Origin: Clostridia bacterium
GTDB lineage: Bacteria > Bacillota > Clostridia > CAKSNL01 > HGM11501
NCBI GenBank assembly: GCA_017411325.1
Contig: JAFQQJ010000013.1
Span: 15,295 to 79,294 of the forward strand
Direction of reading: 5' to 3'
DNA length: 64,000 bases
This document shows positions 1-8,657 of the stretch, in pieces (the stretch's first letter is position 1; each line of letters begins with the position of its first letter). The position numbers and the translations under genes are program-made. Below the pieces are notes generated by a model that searched no databases, was not told where the DNA came from, and was given only the letters and a program-made list of their open reading frames with translations.

Positions 1-340
1 CCGCACGGCGTGACTCAACCTTGAAGGTATTAACGCCCATAAGAGCATCACTTAAATACTCGGGAGCGAAGTTCATAATCTTTTCCATATCCTTTTCGAT
101 TATTCCCGCGCGTGAAAGGTTTACAATTCCGAAAACCTTGGAAAGACGGTTTACCATTTCGTCAATATCGTCTTCTCTTTCGGGAAGAACGTAAACCGTT
201 GCCTGCTGGTCGTAAATTTGAAAGTCGCCCACGGCTTTAAGGCTTCGCTTCATATTGCCCTTAAGCATATCCTGAAAACGACGGCGGTTTCCGCCCTTTA
301 ATATAAGTTCGCCGGTTTTGGCAAGTATCATTTCTCTCAT
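1..340 (-). CDS. thiI: tRNA 4-thiouridine sulfurtransferase ThiI, N-terminal part (gene runs off the window start)
   Basis: Not in the ORF track. My translation of the minus strand from ATG at 340 gives MREMILAKTGELILKGGNRRRFQDMLKGNMKRSLKAVGDFQIY..., a ThiI-type N-terminus. ATGA start/stop overlap with the upstream cysteine desulfurase (337-340). The desulfurase-thiI pairing is common in Firmicutes. Confidence 0.7.
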   Translation of the reverse strand, partial: MREMILAKTGELILKGGNRRRFQDMLKGNMKRSLKAVGDFQIYDQQATVYVLPEREDDIDEMVNRLSKVFGIVNLSRAGIIEKDMEKIMNFAPEYLSDALMGVNTFKVESRRA

Positions 341-1476
341 CTTAATATCTCCAGTTTCTTTATTATAGTTTGGTATGTTTCTTCAAGCTCCTCAAAACTT
401 GTGTGCTTTGAAAAGCTGAAACGTATTGCATTGTCGGGGTAGGGAACATTCATGGCAGCGAGCGTTGAGCTTCCCTTTGCTCCCTTGGCGCAGGCTGAGC
501 CTGAGCTTACATAAATTCCTTCTTCGGAAAGGGCATTAAGCATTATCTCCGAGCGGATTCCCTTAAAGGAAACATTTAATATATAGGGGCTTGAATTAAT
601 AAGTCCCCCGTTTAAGTAAACATCGGGGAGGGCGAGCAACTTTTCGGCAAAGTCCTTTTTCAGCTTTGCCATACGTTCATAATGCTCATCCGGATTAATT
701 TCCGCTGCTGCGGCACCAAAGCCTGCAATTCCCACCATATTTTCTGTGCCTGAGCGAATATTTCCCTCCTGACCGCCACCGAAAACGATGGGCTTAAGGC
801 TTGTAACCTTGTCGCTTTTGTATAATGCACCAACGCCTTTTGGACCGTGTACCTTGTGACTGCTTACGGTCATTAAGTCAATGCCCCAACGAGAGGGGTA
901 AAGGTCGATTTTTCCGAAGGACTGCACCGCATCCACATGGAAAAGTGCCCTCGGTGCTTTTCGCTTTATCATGGGTGCAAGCTTTTCTATGGGTAGAATC
1001 GCTCCCGTTTCGTTATTGACGTGCATAACGCTGACAAGTGAGGTTTTGTCGTTAACGGCAGCAAGGATTTTTTCAGCCTTCACGCTTCCGTCTTCTTCGG
1101 GGGCTACAAAAACTACTTCAAAGCCAAGGGCTTCAAGATGCATAAATGCATTTTTCACCGCATCGTGTTCAATTGCCGTGGTGACAATTCTTTTTCCCGC
1201 CTTTATGTTGGCACCACCGATGATGGCAATATTGTCGCTTTCCGTTCCGCCGGAGGTAAATATTATATTTTTCGCATTGGTATGAAGCGATGCGGCAACA
1301 GATGCCCTTGCTTCATTAAGTATACGCTCCGACGAAAGCCCTAAGGTATAGCGGGAGGAGGGGTTTCCGAACTCCTCTTCCATCATAAGGATTGCAGCCT
1401 TAACGGCAGATTCCGATGGCTTTGTCGTAGCACTGTTATCAAGATAAATCAAAGGAAACATCCTTTCTTTTTGCAT
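337..1476 (-). CDS. iscS: cysteine desulfurase (NifS/IscS, class V aminotransferase)
   Basis: 379-aa ORF with the PLP-lysine motif SSHKVHGPKGVGALY and the active-site Cys motif SSGSACA. Followed by thiI. Confidence 0.9.
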   Translation of the reverse strand: MQKERMFPLIYLDNSATTKPSESAVKAAILMMEEEFGNPSSRYTLGLSSERILNEARASVAASLHTNAKNIIFTSGGTESDNIAIIGGANIKAGKRIVTTAIEHDAVKNAFMHLEALGFEVVFVAPEEDGSVKAEKILAAVNDKTSLVSVMHVNNETGAILPIEKLAPMIKRKAPRALFHVDAVQSFGKIDLYPSRWGIDLMTVSSHKVHGPKGVGALYKSDKVTSLKPIVFGGGQEGNIRSGTENMVGIAGFGAAAAEINPDEHYERMAKLKKDFAEKLLALPDVYLNGGLINSSPYILNVSFKGIRSEIMLNALSEEGIYVSSGSACAKGAKGSSTLAAMNVPYPDNAIRFSFSKHTSFEELEETYQTIIKKLEILR

Positions 1477-1536
1477 TACCTTATATTATAACATTAAAAA
1501 GGAAGAATTTCAATAAATAAATGAGATTTATTTAAA

Positions 1537-1657
1537 GCCTTCCCTGTGCAAGGGAAGGTGGTTTTTGTGAAACAAAAATCGGAAGGGTTGGCGGGATATG
1601 GGGAATGAGAAAACAATCCTCCCGTCCTTCGGACACCCTCCTTTACACAAGGAGGGC
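1537..1657. repeat. palindromic intergenic repeat, family 1 (degenerate copy)
   Basis: Terminal hairpins GCCTTCCCTGTGCAAGGGAAGGTGG (1537-1561) and CCCTCCTTTACACAAGGAGGGC (1636-1657). Same architecture as the element at 47060-47201. Confidence 0.55.
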
Positions 1658-1723
1658 TTTGAAGTTATGAGAAAACTTTATTTTTCTGCAAAAACAGAAC
1701 GGCTGAGCCGTTCTGTGTAAATA

Positions 1724-1957
1724 TTATTTTTCAGGATGCGTAAGGTTTTCAGGGAGTCCCAAAAGATAATTTGCGGAAATTTCGAAGAATGTGCATATTG
1801 CTTTAATGTCAGATAAACTTGGCTCATAGGTATTGCTTTCGATATATGAAACCTTTCGCTGTGTTATTCCAAGCTCTTTACCAAGCGCACCTTGCGTTAA
1901 ATCCATATCCTCTCTGAGCTGTCGCACCTTTTCTCCAAGAGTCATATTTATATGCAT
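1724..1957 (-). CDS. XRE-family helix-turn-helix transcriptional regulator
   Basis: 77 aa. Typical Cro/C1 HTH: LGEKVRQLREDMDLTQGALGKELGITQRKVSYIESN. Confidence 0.85.
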   Translation of the reverse strand: MHINMTLGEKVRQLREDMDLTQGALGKELGITQRKVSYIESNTYEPSLSDIKAICTFFEISANYLLGLPENLTHPEK

Positions 1958-1995
1958 AAAACCACCGCCCTTTATATTTTTTCTATAGTATATTA

Positions 1996-2041
1996 TAGAC
2001 GGAAAACATCTATTGACATTTAGACAGAAAACGTCTATAAT
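1996..2041 (+). promoter_or_regulatory. sigmaA-type promoter with two copies of a 17-bp palindromic operator
   Basis: TTGACA (2013-2018), 17-bp spacer, TATAAT (2036-2041). TAGACGGAAAACATCTA (1996-2012) abuts the -35. TAGACAGAAAACGTCTA (2021-2037) fills the spacer and overlaps the -10. Lies between the divergent XRE gene and the 2074 gene. Confidence 0.6.
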
Positions 2042-2073
2042 GTGGGTAGATAATAAAAAAAGGAGTGTAAAAA

Positions 2074-2718
2074 ATGAAAAAGATTATAAGTTTAGTGTGT
2101 GTAATAGTTATGATTTTTAATTGTATAATTATTGCACAGGGAACAGAAGGCGGAGAGAACGCCATTGAATTGACAATTGGCGAAAAGAAAATTGTTAAAA
2201 TTGAAAATGGAGTAAAAACTGCTGTTGAAACTGATGTGGCACCTATTATAAAGGACGGAAGAACATTTGTACCTGTTAGGTTTATTTCTGAAAATTTTGG
2301 TTATGAGGTTGTTTGGAATGGAGAAACTCAAACGGTTATGATAACTAAAGAAAATAAAACAGTTTCTGAAGAAATAGATACAATGAAAAGTGAGATAGAA
2401 GAGGATATTGTAAAAGCGTTTATGCGATGCACAAGAACTACGCCGATAAAACTAAATAATAAGTATATTGCAGTTAAGAATCTAAGTGGTGATGAGTATT
2501 ATTACAGAGATGGGTTCTTTGGTCAAATGAAAAAATTGGGATTTGAGAAAAGTGAAACTGTAGATAAATATAACGAAGGTTTAAGATATACGACTGTCTA
2601 TACATTTAAAAAAGAAGACATAAAACTTACATATTTGATAGAAAAATGTCTTGGTGGAGAAGATGGATATACAGATGCTTATATCTACGTAGAATTTTTT
2701 GTTGAAATAGAAAAATAA
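2074..2718 (+). CDS. secreted protein with copper-amine-oxidase N-terminal-like (stalk) domain
   Basis: 214 aa with an N-terminal signal/anchor (MKKIISLVCVIVMIFNCIIIAQG). Motif DVAPIIKDGRTFVPVRFISENFGYEVVWNGETQTVMI recurs at the C-termini of the proteins at 35-47 kb. The C-terminal half is unassigned. The gene is AT-rich. Confidence 0.6.
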   Translation: MKKIISLVCVIVMIFNCIIIAQGTEGGENAIELTIGEKKIVKIENGVKTAVETDVAPIIKDGRTFVPVRFISENFGYEVVWNGETQTVMITKENKTVSEEIDTMKSEIEEDIVKAFMRCTRTTPIKLNNKYIAVKNLSGDEYYYRDGFFGQMKKLGFEKSETVDKYNEGLRYTTVYTFKKEDIKLTYLIEKCLGGEDGYTDAYIYVEFFVEIEK

Positions 2719-2731
2719 TAATTCCATAAAA

Positions 2732-2756
2732 AGCCACCCGTCGGGTGGCTTTTTTG
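2732..2756 (+). terminator. intrinsic terminator
   Basis: GCCACCC-GTC-GGGTGGC stem followed by a T-run. Confidence 0.7.
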
Positions 2757-2814
2757 CTTGCAAAAATTTCCCTTTCGTGCTATACTTGATAAAAACACAA
2801 AAAGGAATGATTTT

Positions 2815-3624
2815 ATGATATATGAAAAGATAGCACTTTCCGATAAGGATGAAAATATATATCTGGAGGTTTATGCCCCCGAAAAGCTTCAGGGCTTTGT
2901 CCGTGACGGAATACTCGTAATTCCCGGCGGCGGATATGCCTGTGTATGCTATGACAGAGAGGGTGAGCCCATTGCTCTTGACTTTGTGGCAAAGGGACTT
3001 TGCGCCTTTGTGCTTCACTATTCCGTTGGTGAAAAGGCAAAATTTCCCCGTCCGTTAATCGAAGCATCAAAAGCGATGAAATACATAAAGGAACATGCCG
3101 ACCTTTACGGACTTAATCCGGAAAGAGTTTTCGCAACAGGCTTTTCTGCAGGCGGTCACCTCTGTGCTTCCCTCGGAACACTCTGGCATCTGGACGAAAT
3201 CTACAAGGAAGTTGATATGCCCTACGGCTTTAACAAGCCCTGCGGTATTATTCCCGTATACCCGGTAATATCTGCCCTCGTACCGACACACAAGGGCTCT
3301 TTCCAGAACCTTACGGGAAGTTTAGAGCCTACGGAAGCAGAGCTTTTGGAATACTCACTTGAAACAAGAGTTGACGAAAAATCTGCTCCTGCATTTATTG
3401 TGCATACATCAACGGATCAGGCGGTGCCTGTATATAATGCCCTCGCCTTTGCAAAGGCGTATGCCGATGCGAAAATACCATTCGAGCTTCACATTTTCAA
3501 GGAAGCACCCCACGGAATGGCGCTTGCAACAAAAATTACCGAGGTAGGAAATCCGGGATGGGTAAACGAATCCGCAGCAGAGTGGACTCATCTTGCACAT
3601 CTTTGGATGAAGGGAATAAAATAA
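2815..3624 (+). CDS. alpha/beta hydrolase (acetyl-esterase/lipase-like)
   Basis: Nucleophile elbow GFSAGGH and oxyanion-type IPGGGY. ATG at 2815 (MIYEK...) is preferred over the ORF-track TTG at 2758, which lies inside the upstream terminator. Confidence 0.8.
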   Translation: MIYEKIALSDKDENIYLEVYAPEKLQGFVRDGILVIPGGGYACVCYDREGEPIALDFVAKGLCAFVLHYSVGEKAKFPRPLIEASKAMKYIKEHADLYGLNPERVFATGFSAGGHLCASLGTLWHLDEIYKEVDMPYGFNKPCGIIPVYPVISALVPTHKGSFQNLTGSLEPTEAELLEYSLETRVDEKSAPAFIVHTSTDQAVPVYNALAFAKAYADAKIPFELHIFKEAPHGMALATKITEVGNPGWVNESAAEWTHLAHLWMKGIK

Positions 3625-3627
3625 GAT

Positions 3628-3653
3628 AAAGCCTCCCACAGGGAGGCTTTTTA
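3628..3653 (+). terminator. intrinsic terminator
   Basis: AAGCCTCCC-ACA-GGGAGGCTT followed by TTT. Confidence 0.7.
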
Positions 3654-3665
3654 TGTGGGAAAAAT

Positions 3666-3809
3666 AGATTCTTCGCCCTTCGGGCTCAGAATGACGGAGC
3701 GGGAAAGACGGACTCGGAATGACAATATATGAGAGGTGGACTCAGAAGGACAAGGGGTGTTGAACGAATATAGCTGTCATTCTGAGTGAACGTAGTGAGC
3801 GAAGAATCT
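3666..3809. repeat. palindromic intergenic repeat, family 2
   Basis: The left arm AGATTCTTCGCCCTTCGGGCTCAGAATGAC (3666-3695) is the imperfect reverse complement of the right arm GTCATTCTGAGTGAACGTAGTGAGCGAAGAATCT (3776-3809). A second copy lies at 19928-20006. Confidence 0.65.
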
Positions 3810-3822
3810 CTGCTGACAATTT

Positions 3823-4755
3823 TTATCTTATAATTTCAATATCTACGCCTTTATAGTAGTGCTTTAATATTTTCTCATAGCTTTTTCCTTCCTTTGCAAG
3901 GACGTTTGCGCCGTGCTGGCTCATACCGACGCCGTGTCCGAAGCCTTTTACGGAAAAGGTGACAAGACTGTCATCGGCCGTTATGGTAAATGCGGCAGAG
4001 CGCAGGGAAAAAAGGCTTCTTATCTCTGTTCCCTTAAAGCTTTTACCGCCTATTATGATGGATTTTACATAGCCTGCGTCCGAAAGCAGCGGCTTTCCGA
4101 TATCAGAAGGAGAAGAAAGTTTCGCGCCCTCGGAATTCACCTTGTTCATAAATTCGGAAAAGCTTATGGTAATGCTTGTTTCAAATCTGTCGACACTCTC
4201 TTCACCAGAGCTTTCTGCAGACTTTAAGTAGGGAACGGAGTTGCCCCATACATTTTCGGCATCTTCGGTTTTTCCCGCACTCATGGAGTGAAACACGGCT
4301 AAAACAGGCTCATTTTCATAGGTCATTATTTCGCCCTTTGTATCGTCAACGGCAGCCTTGACTTTAAGCAGATTTTCCTCTCCGCCTTCATACAAGGAGG
4401 GGTAGATATATGCCTGACAGCAGGAGGCAGCCATACATATGTCGGCATTTTCGTGGGCGGGGGAATCAAGCTTTCCCTTGGTGTAAGTCCTTGCGGCAAC
4501 ACTTTGCGCCTTTAAGGCTTCTTCTTCAAAGGAAGCGGGCATCTCAGCCAAAACAACGCCAAGAAGATATTCCTCCATCGGCACGGAAAAAACGCTTCCG
4601 TCATAAATGTTGAGAACGGAAACAGACGGCTCTTCATAAATAATATCATAAGCCGGAGAAGGATGTGCTTCTTCGATAGCGGGAACATATGTAAGGCATG
4701 GCATAAAAACCATGGCAGAAAACAGAAGTGATGCACAGATTAGCTCGGTTTTCAT
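3823..4755 (-). CDS. spoIID: SpoIID/LytB-family stage II sporulation protein D
   Basis: 310 aa with a signal peptide. Motifs AQSVAARTY, FHSMSAGKTE, GHGVGMSQHGA. Confidence 0.85.
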   Translation of the reverse strand: MKTELICASLLFSAMVFMPCLTYVPAIEEAHPSPAYDIIYEEPSVSVLNIYDGSVFSVPMEEYLLGVVLAEMPASFEEEALKAQSVAARTYTKGKLDSPAHENADICMAASCCQAYIYPSLYEGGEENLLKVKAAVDDTKGEIMTYENEPVLAVFHSMSAGKTEDAENVWGNSVPYLKSAESSGEESVDRFETSITISFSEFMNKVNSEGAKLSSPSDIGKPLLSDAGYVKSIIIGGKSFKGTEIRSLFSLRSAAFTITADDSLVTFSVKGFGHGVGMSQHGANVLAKEGKSYEKILKHYYKGVDIEIIR

Positions 4756-4911
4756 ATAAAGTCCTCCTTAAGGTTTAGTATATACTATGAAAAACTTGTC
4801 CTTAAAATTACTATTAATACTTTACAAATTTGTATTTTTGTGGTAAACTATGCGAGTATGCAGATTATAATGAGAAAGTATGCAATTTTTTATATATGAA
4901 GGAGGCTCATT

Positions 4912-5907
4912 ATGAGCGAAGAGAGAAAACAGAGAGTATTTTCGGGTATCCAGCCATCGGGTGCGCTGGGACTCGGCGGATATATCGGGGCGGTTAAAAA
5001 CTGGCTTAAAATGCAGGACGAGTATGATTGCTGTTTCTGCGTTGTGGACGAGCATTGTATAACGGTAAGACAGGAGCCCAAGGAGCTTCGTGCGCGCTGT
5101 ATGGAATTTCTGGCGCTTTATCTTGCCTGCGGACTTGATCCGGAGAAAAGTTTAATCTATTTCCAGAGCCACGTTCCTCATCACGCTCAGCTTGCCTGGG
5201 TGCTTAACTGCTACACCTATATGGGTGAGCTTTCAAGAATGACACAGTTCAAGGATAAGTCACAAAAGCACGCCGATAATATAAATGCAGGCCTTTTCAC
5301 ATATCCCGTTCTAATGGCAGCAGACATTTTATTATATCAGACAGACAAGGTGCCGGTAGGAATCGATCAGAAGCAGCATTTGGAGCTTGCCCAGACCATC
5401 GCGGCAAGATTCAACGGCGTATACGGAGAAACATTCCGTGTGCCTGAGGCTGTTATTGCCAAGGTCGGTGCAAAGGTTATGAGCCTGGCTGACCCCACCA
5501 GTAAAATGAGTAAGTCGGATCCCAAGGGCAACATCGGAATTCTGGATGCTCCCGAAGTTATTATGAAAAAATTCAGGAGTGCTGTTACAGACTCTGATGC
5601 GAAAATCGAATATAAAGAAGGCAAGGACGGTATAAACAACCTTCTTTCCATTTATTCAATAGCAACAGGCGAAAGCATTGAAGATGCAGTTAACCGTTTT
5701 TCCGCAACCGGCTACGGGGAATTTAAGGTAAAGACGGCTGAAGCGGTAATTGAGATGCTTCGCCCCGTAAGAGAAAAATACGAAGACATTTCCAAAAATA
5801 AGGACTATATCGAAAGCGTATACAAAAACGGCGCAGAAATTGCGGGTAGGGTTGCTCAGAGAACTCTTGACAAGGTTTATAAAAAGATTGGCTTTGTTGC
5901 AAGATAG
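4912..5907 (+). CDS. trpS: tryptophan--tRNA ligase
   Basis: 331 aa with the KMSKSD motif. N-terminal GIQPSG...GGYIGA and the overall class-I TrpRS pattern. Confidence 0.95.
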   Translation: MSEERKQRVFSGIQPSGALGLGGYIGAVKNWLKMQDEYDCCFCVVDEHCITVRQEPKELRARCMEFLALYLACGLDPEKSLIYFQSHVPHHAQLAWVLNCYTYMGELSRMTQFKDKSQKHADNINAGLFTYPVLMAADILLYQTDKVPVGIDQKQHLELAQTIAARFNGVYGETFRVPEAVIAKVGAKVMSLADPTSKMSKSDPKGNIGILDAPEVIMKKFRSAVTDSDAKIEYKEGKDGINNLLSIYSIATGESIEDAVNRFSATGYGEFKVKTAEAVIEMLRPVREKYEDISKNKDYIESVYKNGAEIAGRVAQRTLDKVYKKIGFVAR

Positions 5908-5918
5908 GGGGTATCGTT

Positions 5919-7010
5919 TTGACAGATACAGTTAAAATAATTCTTTCGTTTGTTGCTTCGTTTGCGGTTGCTTTTCTGACAACCCCTCTGGCAAAGCGTT
6001 TTGCAACAAAAATAGGAGCGATAGATGTTCCGAAGGATAAGAGAAGGGTTCACAAGAAGCCTACGCCCTTGGTTGGGGGACTGGCAATTTTTCTCGGCTT
6101 TCTGGCGGCAACACTCTCTTTCGGAAAGATTGACATAGAATTTGTCGGTATGTTGGCAGGTGCACTTATCATGGTGGTGCTCGGTATATTTGACGATAAG
6201 TACAACCTTCCTGCGAAGTTCAAGTTTGTGATTCAGATTGTGGCGGCATCTATTCCCGTTATTCTCGGAGTGCGGATTGAAAGAATAATTTTCCCCTTTG
6301 CTGAATATACGGGGATTACCGGTATTGAATTCGGATGGCTTTCCTATCCCATTACAATTCTCTGGATTGTGGGACTTACAAATGCGGTTAACTTAATTGA
6401 CGGGCTTGACGGTCTGGCGGCAGGTGTTTCTGCCATTGCATCTTTTTCCGTTTTCTGTGTGGCTCTTATGCAGGGAGAAATCGGAATTGCAATTTTAACT
6501 GCGGCACTTGTGGGCTCCTGCTTTGGATTTTTACCCTACAACTTCAATCCCGCATCCATTTTTATGGGTGATACGGGTTCTACATTTTTGGGCTATGTAA
6601 TGGCGGTAATTTCAGTAATGGGCTTATTTAAGATTCACGCAATCATTTCCTTTGCGGTGCCCTTCATCGCATTCGGAATTCCGATTTTCGATACAAGCTT
6701 TGCTATTTTCCGCAGAATAAAAGAACACCGTCCCATCATGTCACCCGACAGAGGACATCTGCATCACAGACTTATAGACAGCGGTCTTACTCAAAAACAG
6801 GCTGTTTTGGTGATTTATGCAATATGCATTGTGCTTGGCATAGTGGCTGTTATGAGCTTCAAGTCAAAAATATGGGCTCTTGCAATTGCAATGCTTGGAG
6901 TTTTGGGGGCATTGGTTTTCCGTTATTGGGGCAGAGTAGGAAAAGACGGAGAAAATGTTAATCGGGAAAAAGAGGAATCGGACAGCGAAAAGGAAAACAC
7001 AGAAAAATAA
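5919..7010 (+). CDS. tagO: UDP-GlcNAc:undecaprenyl-phosphate GlcNAc-1-phosphate transferase (MraY/WecA/TagO family)
   Basis: 363 aa, polytopic. Motifs DDKYNLPAKFK, NAVNLIDGLDGLA, FMGDTGSTFLGY. TTG start. Confidence 0.8.
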   Translation: MTDTVKIILSFVASFAVAFLTTPLAKRFATKIGAIDVPKDKRRVHKKPTPLVGGLAIFLGFLAATLSFGKIDIEFVGMLAGALIMVVLGIFDDKYNLPAKFKFVIQIVAASIPVILGVRIERIIFPFAEYTGITGIEFGWLSYPITILWIVGLTNAVNLIDGLDGLAAGVSAIASFSVFCVALMQGEIGIAILTAALVGSCFGFLPYNFNPASIFMGDTGSTFLGYVMAVISVMGLFKIHAIISFAVPFIAFGIPIFDTSFAIFRRIKEHRPIMSPDRGHLHHRLIDSGLTQKQAVLVIYAICIVLGIVAVMSFKSKIWALAIAMLGVLGALVFRYWGRVGKDGENVNREKEESDSEKENTEK

Positions 7011-7011
7011 T

Positions 7012-7037
7012 AAAAGGCTGCATCTGCAGCCTTTTTG
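7012..7037 (+). terminator. intrinsic terminator directly abutting the next gene's RBS
   Basis: AGGCTGCA-TC-TGCAGCCT plus TTTT. The next ATG (7051) is only 14 nt downstream. Confidence 0.6.
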
Positions 7038-7050
7038 ACAAGGAGATAAT

Positions 7051-8607
7051 ATGGACAAGCTTCAGAGACTTATAAACAGCTGTAACTATATTGTGTTTTT
7101 CGGCGGAGCGGGTGTAAGCACCGAATCGGGACTTAAGGATTTCAGGAGCAAGGACGGACTTTACAGCGAAGAGAGTGACGTTCCTCCCGAAATGATTTTG
7201 AGTCACGGCTATTTTGAAAAGCACACAGAAGAGTTTTTCTCATTTTACAAAAATAAAATGATAGATCTTTCAATACTTCCCAACAAGGCACATAAAAAGC
7301 TTACAGAGCTTGAAAAATCAGGGAAGCTTAAGGCGATAATCACACAGAACATTGACGGGCTTCACCAGGCAGCAGGAAGCCTTAATGTATTGGAGCTTCA
7401 TGGAAGTGTGCACAGAAACTACTGCACAGCCTGCAATAAATTTTACGATGCAAAATATATCAAGGAAACAAAAGGTGTTCCCAAATGCACCTGCGGCGGT
7501 ATCATAAAGCCCGATGTGGTGCTTTATGACGAGGCACTTTCCGATGATGTGGTGGAAAAGGCCGTTATGCATATTTCAAAGGCGGACTTACTTATAATTG
7601 CGGGAACAAGCCTTATGGTTTATCCCGCGGCAGGATTGCTCAGATATTTCCACGGACAGTATCTGGCACTTATAAATAAAGAAGAAACAAGTGTGGACAG
7701 ACTTGCAAATTATGTGTCACACGAAAAAGTAGGGGAGGTTTTGGGCAGAATGGCAGTACCGGTTACAATTAAAAACGATTTTATTGAAATGAAATTCACA
7801 TCAAAGGGAGCACAGTGCGAAAGCCTTAAATTTAAGGGCGAGGAGCAGCTCTGGCAAGATGAGGGAAGGCTTATATGGGAAGACCATTCACCTGTGCTTT
7901 TCCCCATATGCTCAAGTCTCAGAGACGGTAAATATCATTATGGCGGAAAGTGGTACGAAATGCCTCAGCACGGCTTTTCGAAGGGCTCTGTTTTCGAGGT
8001 TGAAGAGCTTTCCGGTGACAGAGTTGTATTCTGCCTTAAGGAAAATGAGGAAACCCTTAAAAAGTATCCCTTCCTTTTCTCCTTCCGTGTGGAATATAAG
8101 CTTATGGGTAATAAAGTAATCACAACCTACAGTGTAGAAAACAGGGATGAAAAAATTCTTCCCGCATCCTTTGGAAGCCACGAAGCCTATAATCTTCCCG
8201 ACGGAATTGAAAATTATGAAATCGTATTTCCCGAGGATGATTTCCTTATGCATCAGATTATGGACGGAAGACTTGTCAACGGCGAAACTAAAAAGATTGA
8301 GCTTACTGACAGAACACTTCCCCTTACACGCGGAGTTTTCGGAACGGACTCCTACGTAATTAAAGACCACAAGTCAAGAAGCGTTACCTTAAGAAGAAAA
8401 ACAGGCGGAAGAGAAATAAAAATAGACTTCCCCGGAATTGACTATCTTGTTCTCTGGCATAAGGAAGATGCTGACTATGTATGCATAGAGCCCTGGTGCA
8501 GCTTTATTGACCGCACAGACTCCGACGGAGATATCACAAAGCGTGAAGGAATTATCCTTGTTGAGCCGGGAAAAACAGTCGAAAAGACTCATACAATAAC
8601 ATTCTGA
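7051..8607 (+). CDS. fusion protein: NAD-dependent deacylase (Sir2/CobB) N-terminal half + aldose-1-epimerase-like (mutarotase fold) C-terminal half
   Basis: Residues 1-234 carry GAGVSTESGLKDFRS, QNIDGLH and the zinc ribbon CTACN...CTCGG. From about residue 237 the sequence reads VTIKNDFIEMKFTSKGAQCESLKFKGEE...LFPICSSL...HGF, an aldose-epimerase-family pattern. One uninterrupted 518-aa ORF. Confidence 0.8.
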   Translation: MDKLQRLINSCNYIVFFGGAGVSTESGLKDFRSKDGLYSEESDVPPEMILSHGYFEKHTEEFFSFYKNKMIDLSILPNKAHKKLTELEKSGKLKAIITQNIDGLHQAAGSLNVLELHGSVHRNYCTACNKFYDAKYIKETKGVPKCTCGGIIKPDVVLYDEALSDDVVEKAVMHISKADLLIIAGTSLMVYPAAGLLRYFHGQYLALINKEETSVDRLANYVSHEKVGEVLGRMAVPVTIKNDFIEMKFTSKGAQCESLKFKGEEQLWQDEGRLIWEDHSPVLFPICSSLRDGKYHYGGKWYEMPQHGFSKGSVFEVEELSGDRVVFCLKENEETLKKYPFLFSFRVEYKLMGNKVITTYSVENRDEKILPASFGSHEAYNLPDGIENYEIVFPEDDFLMHQIMDGRLVNGETKKIELTDRTLPLTRGVFGTDSYVIKDHKSRSVTLRRKTGGREIKIDFPGIDYLVLWHKEDADYVCIEPWCSFIDRTDSDGDITKREGIILVEPGKTVEKTHTITF

Positions 8608-8615
8608 TTGAATTT

Positions 8616-8657
8616 GCGCAGAGCGAAAAGCTGTTTTCGCTCTGCAGCTTTATTTTT
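8616..8657 (+). terminator. intrinsic terminator
   Basis: GCAGAGCGAAAA-GCTG-TTTTCGCTCTGC followed by a T-rich tail. Confidence 0.7.

Noticed and set aside
4756-4911. T-box leader upstream of trpS
   Set aside because: Only about 155 nt separate the divergent spoIID start from trpS. I find no specifier-loop/AGAGA/T-box (GGTGGTACCGCG-like) sequence and no terminator/antiterminator pair.
7051-7755. Sir2 domain as part of an anti-phage defence system (Thoeris/DSR/SIR2-pAgo-like)
   Set aside because: It is a short CobB-type sirtuin with an intact zinc ribbon and substrate-binding motifs. No defence-type partners (TIR, HerA, Argonaute, helicase) are nearby, and the neighbourhood is housekeeping.
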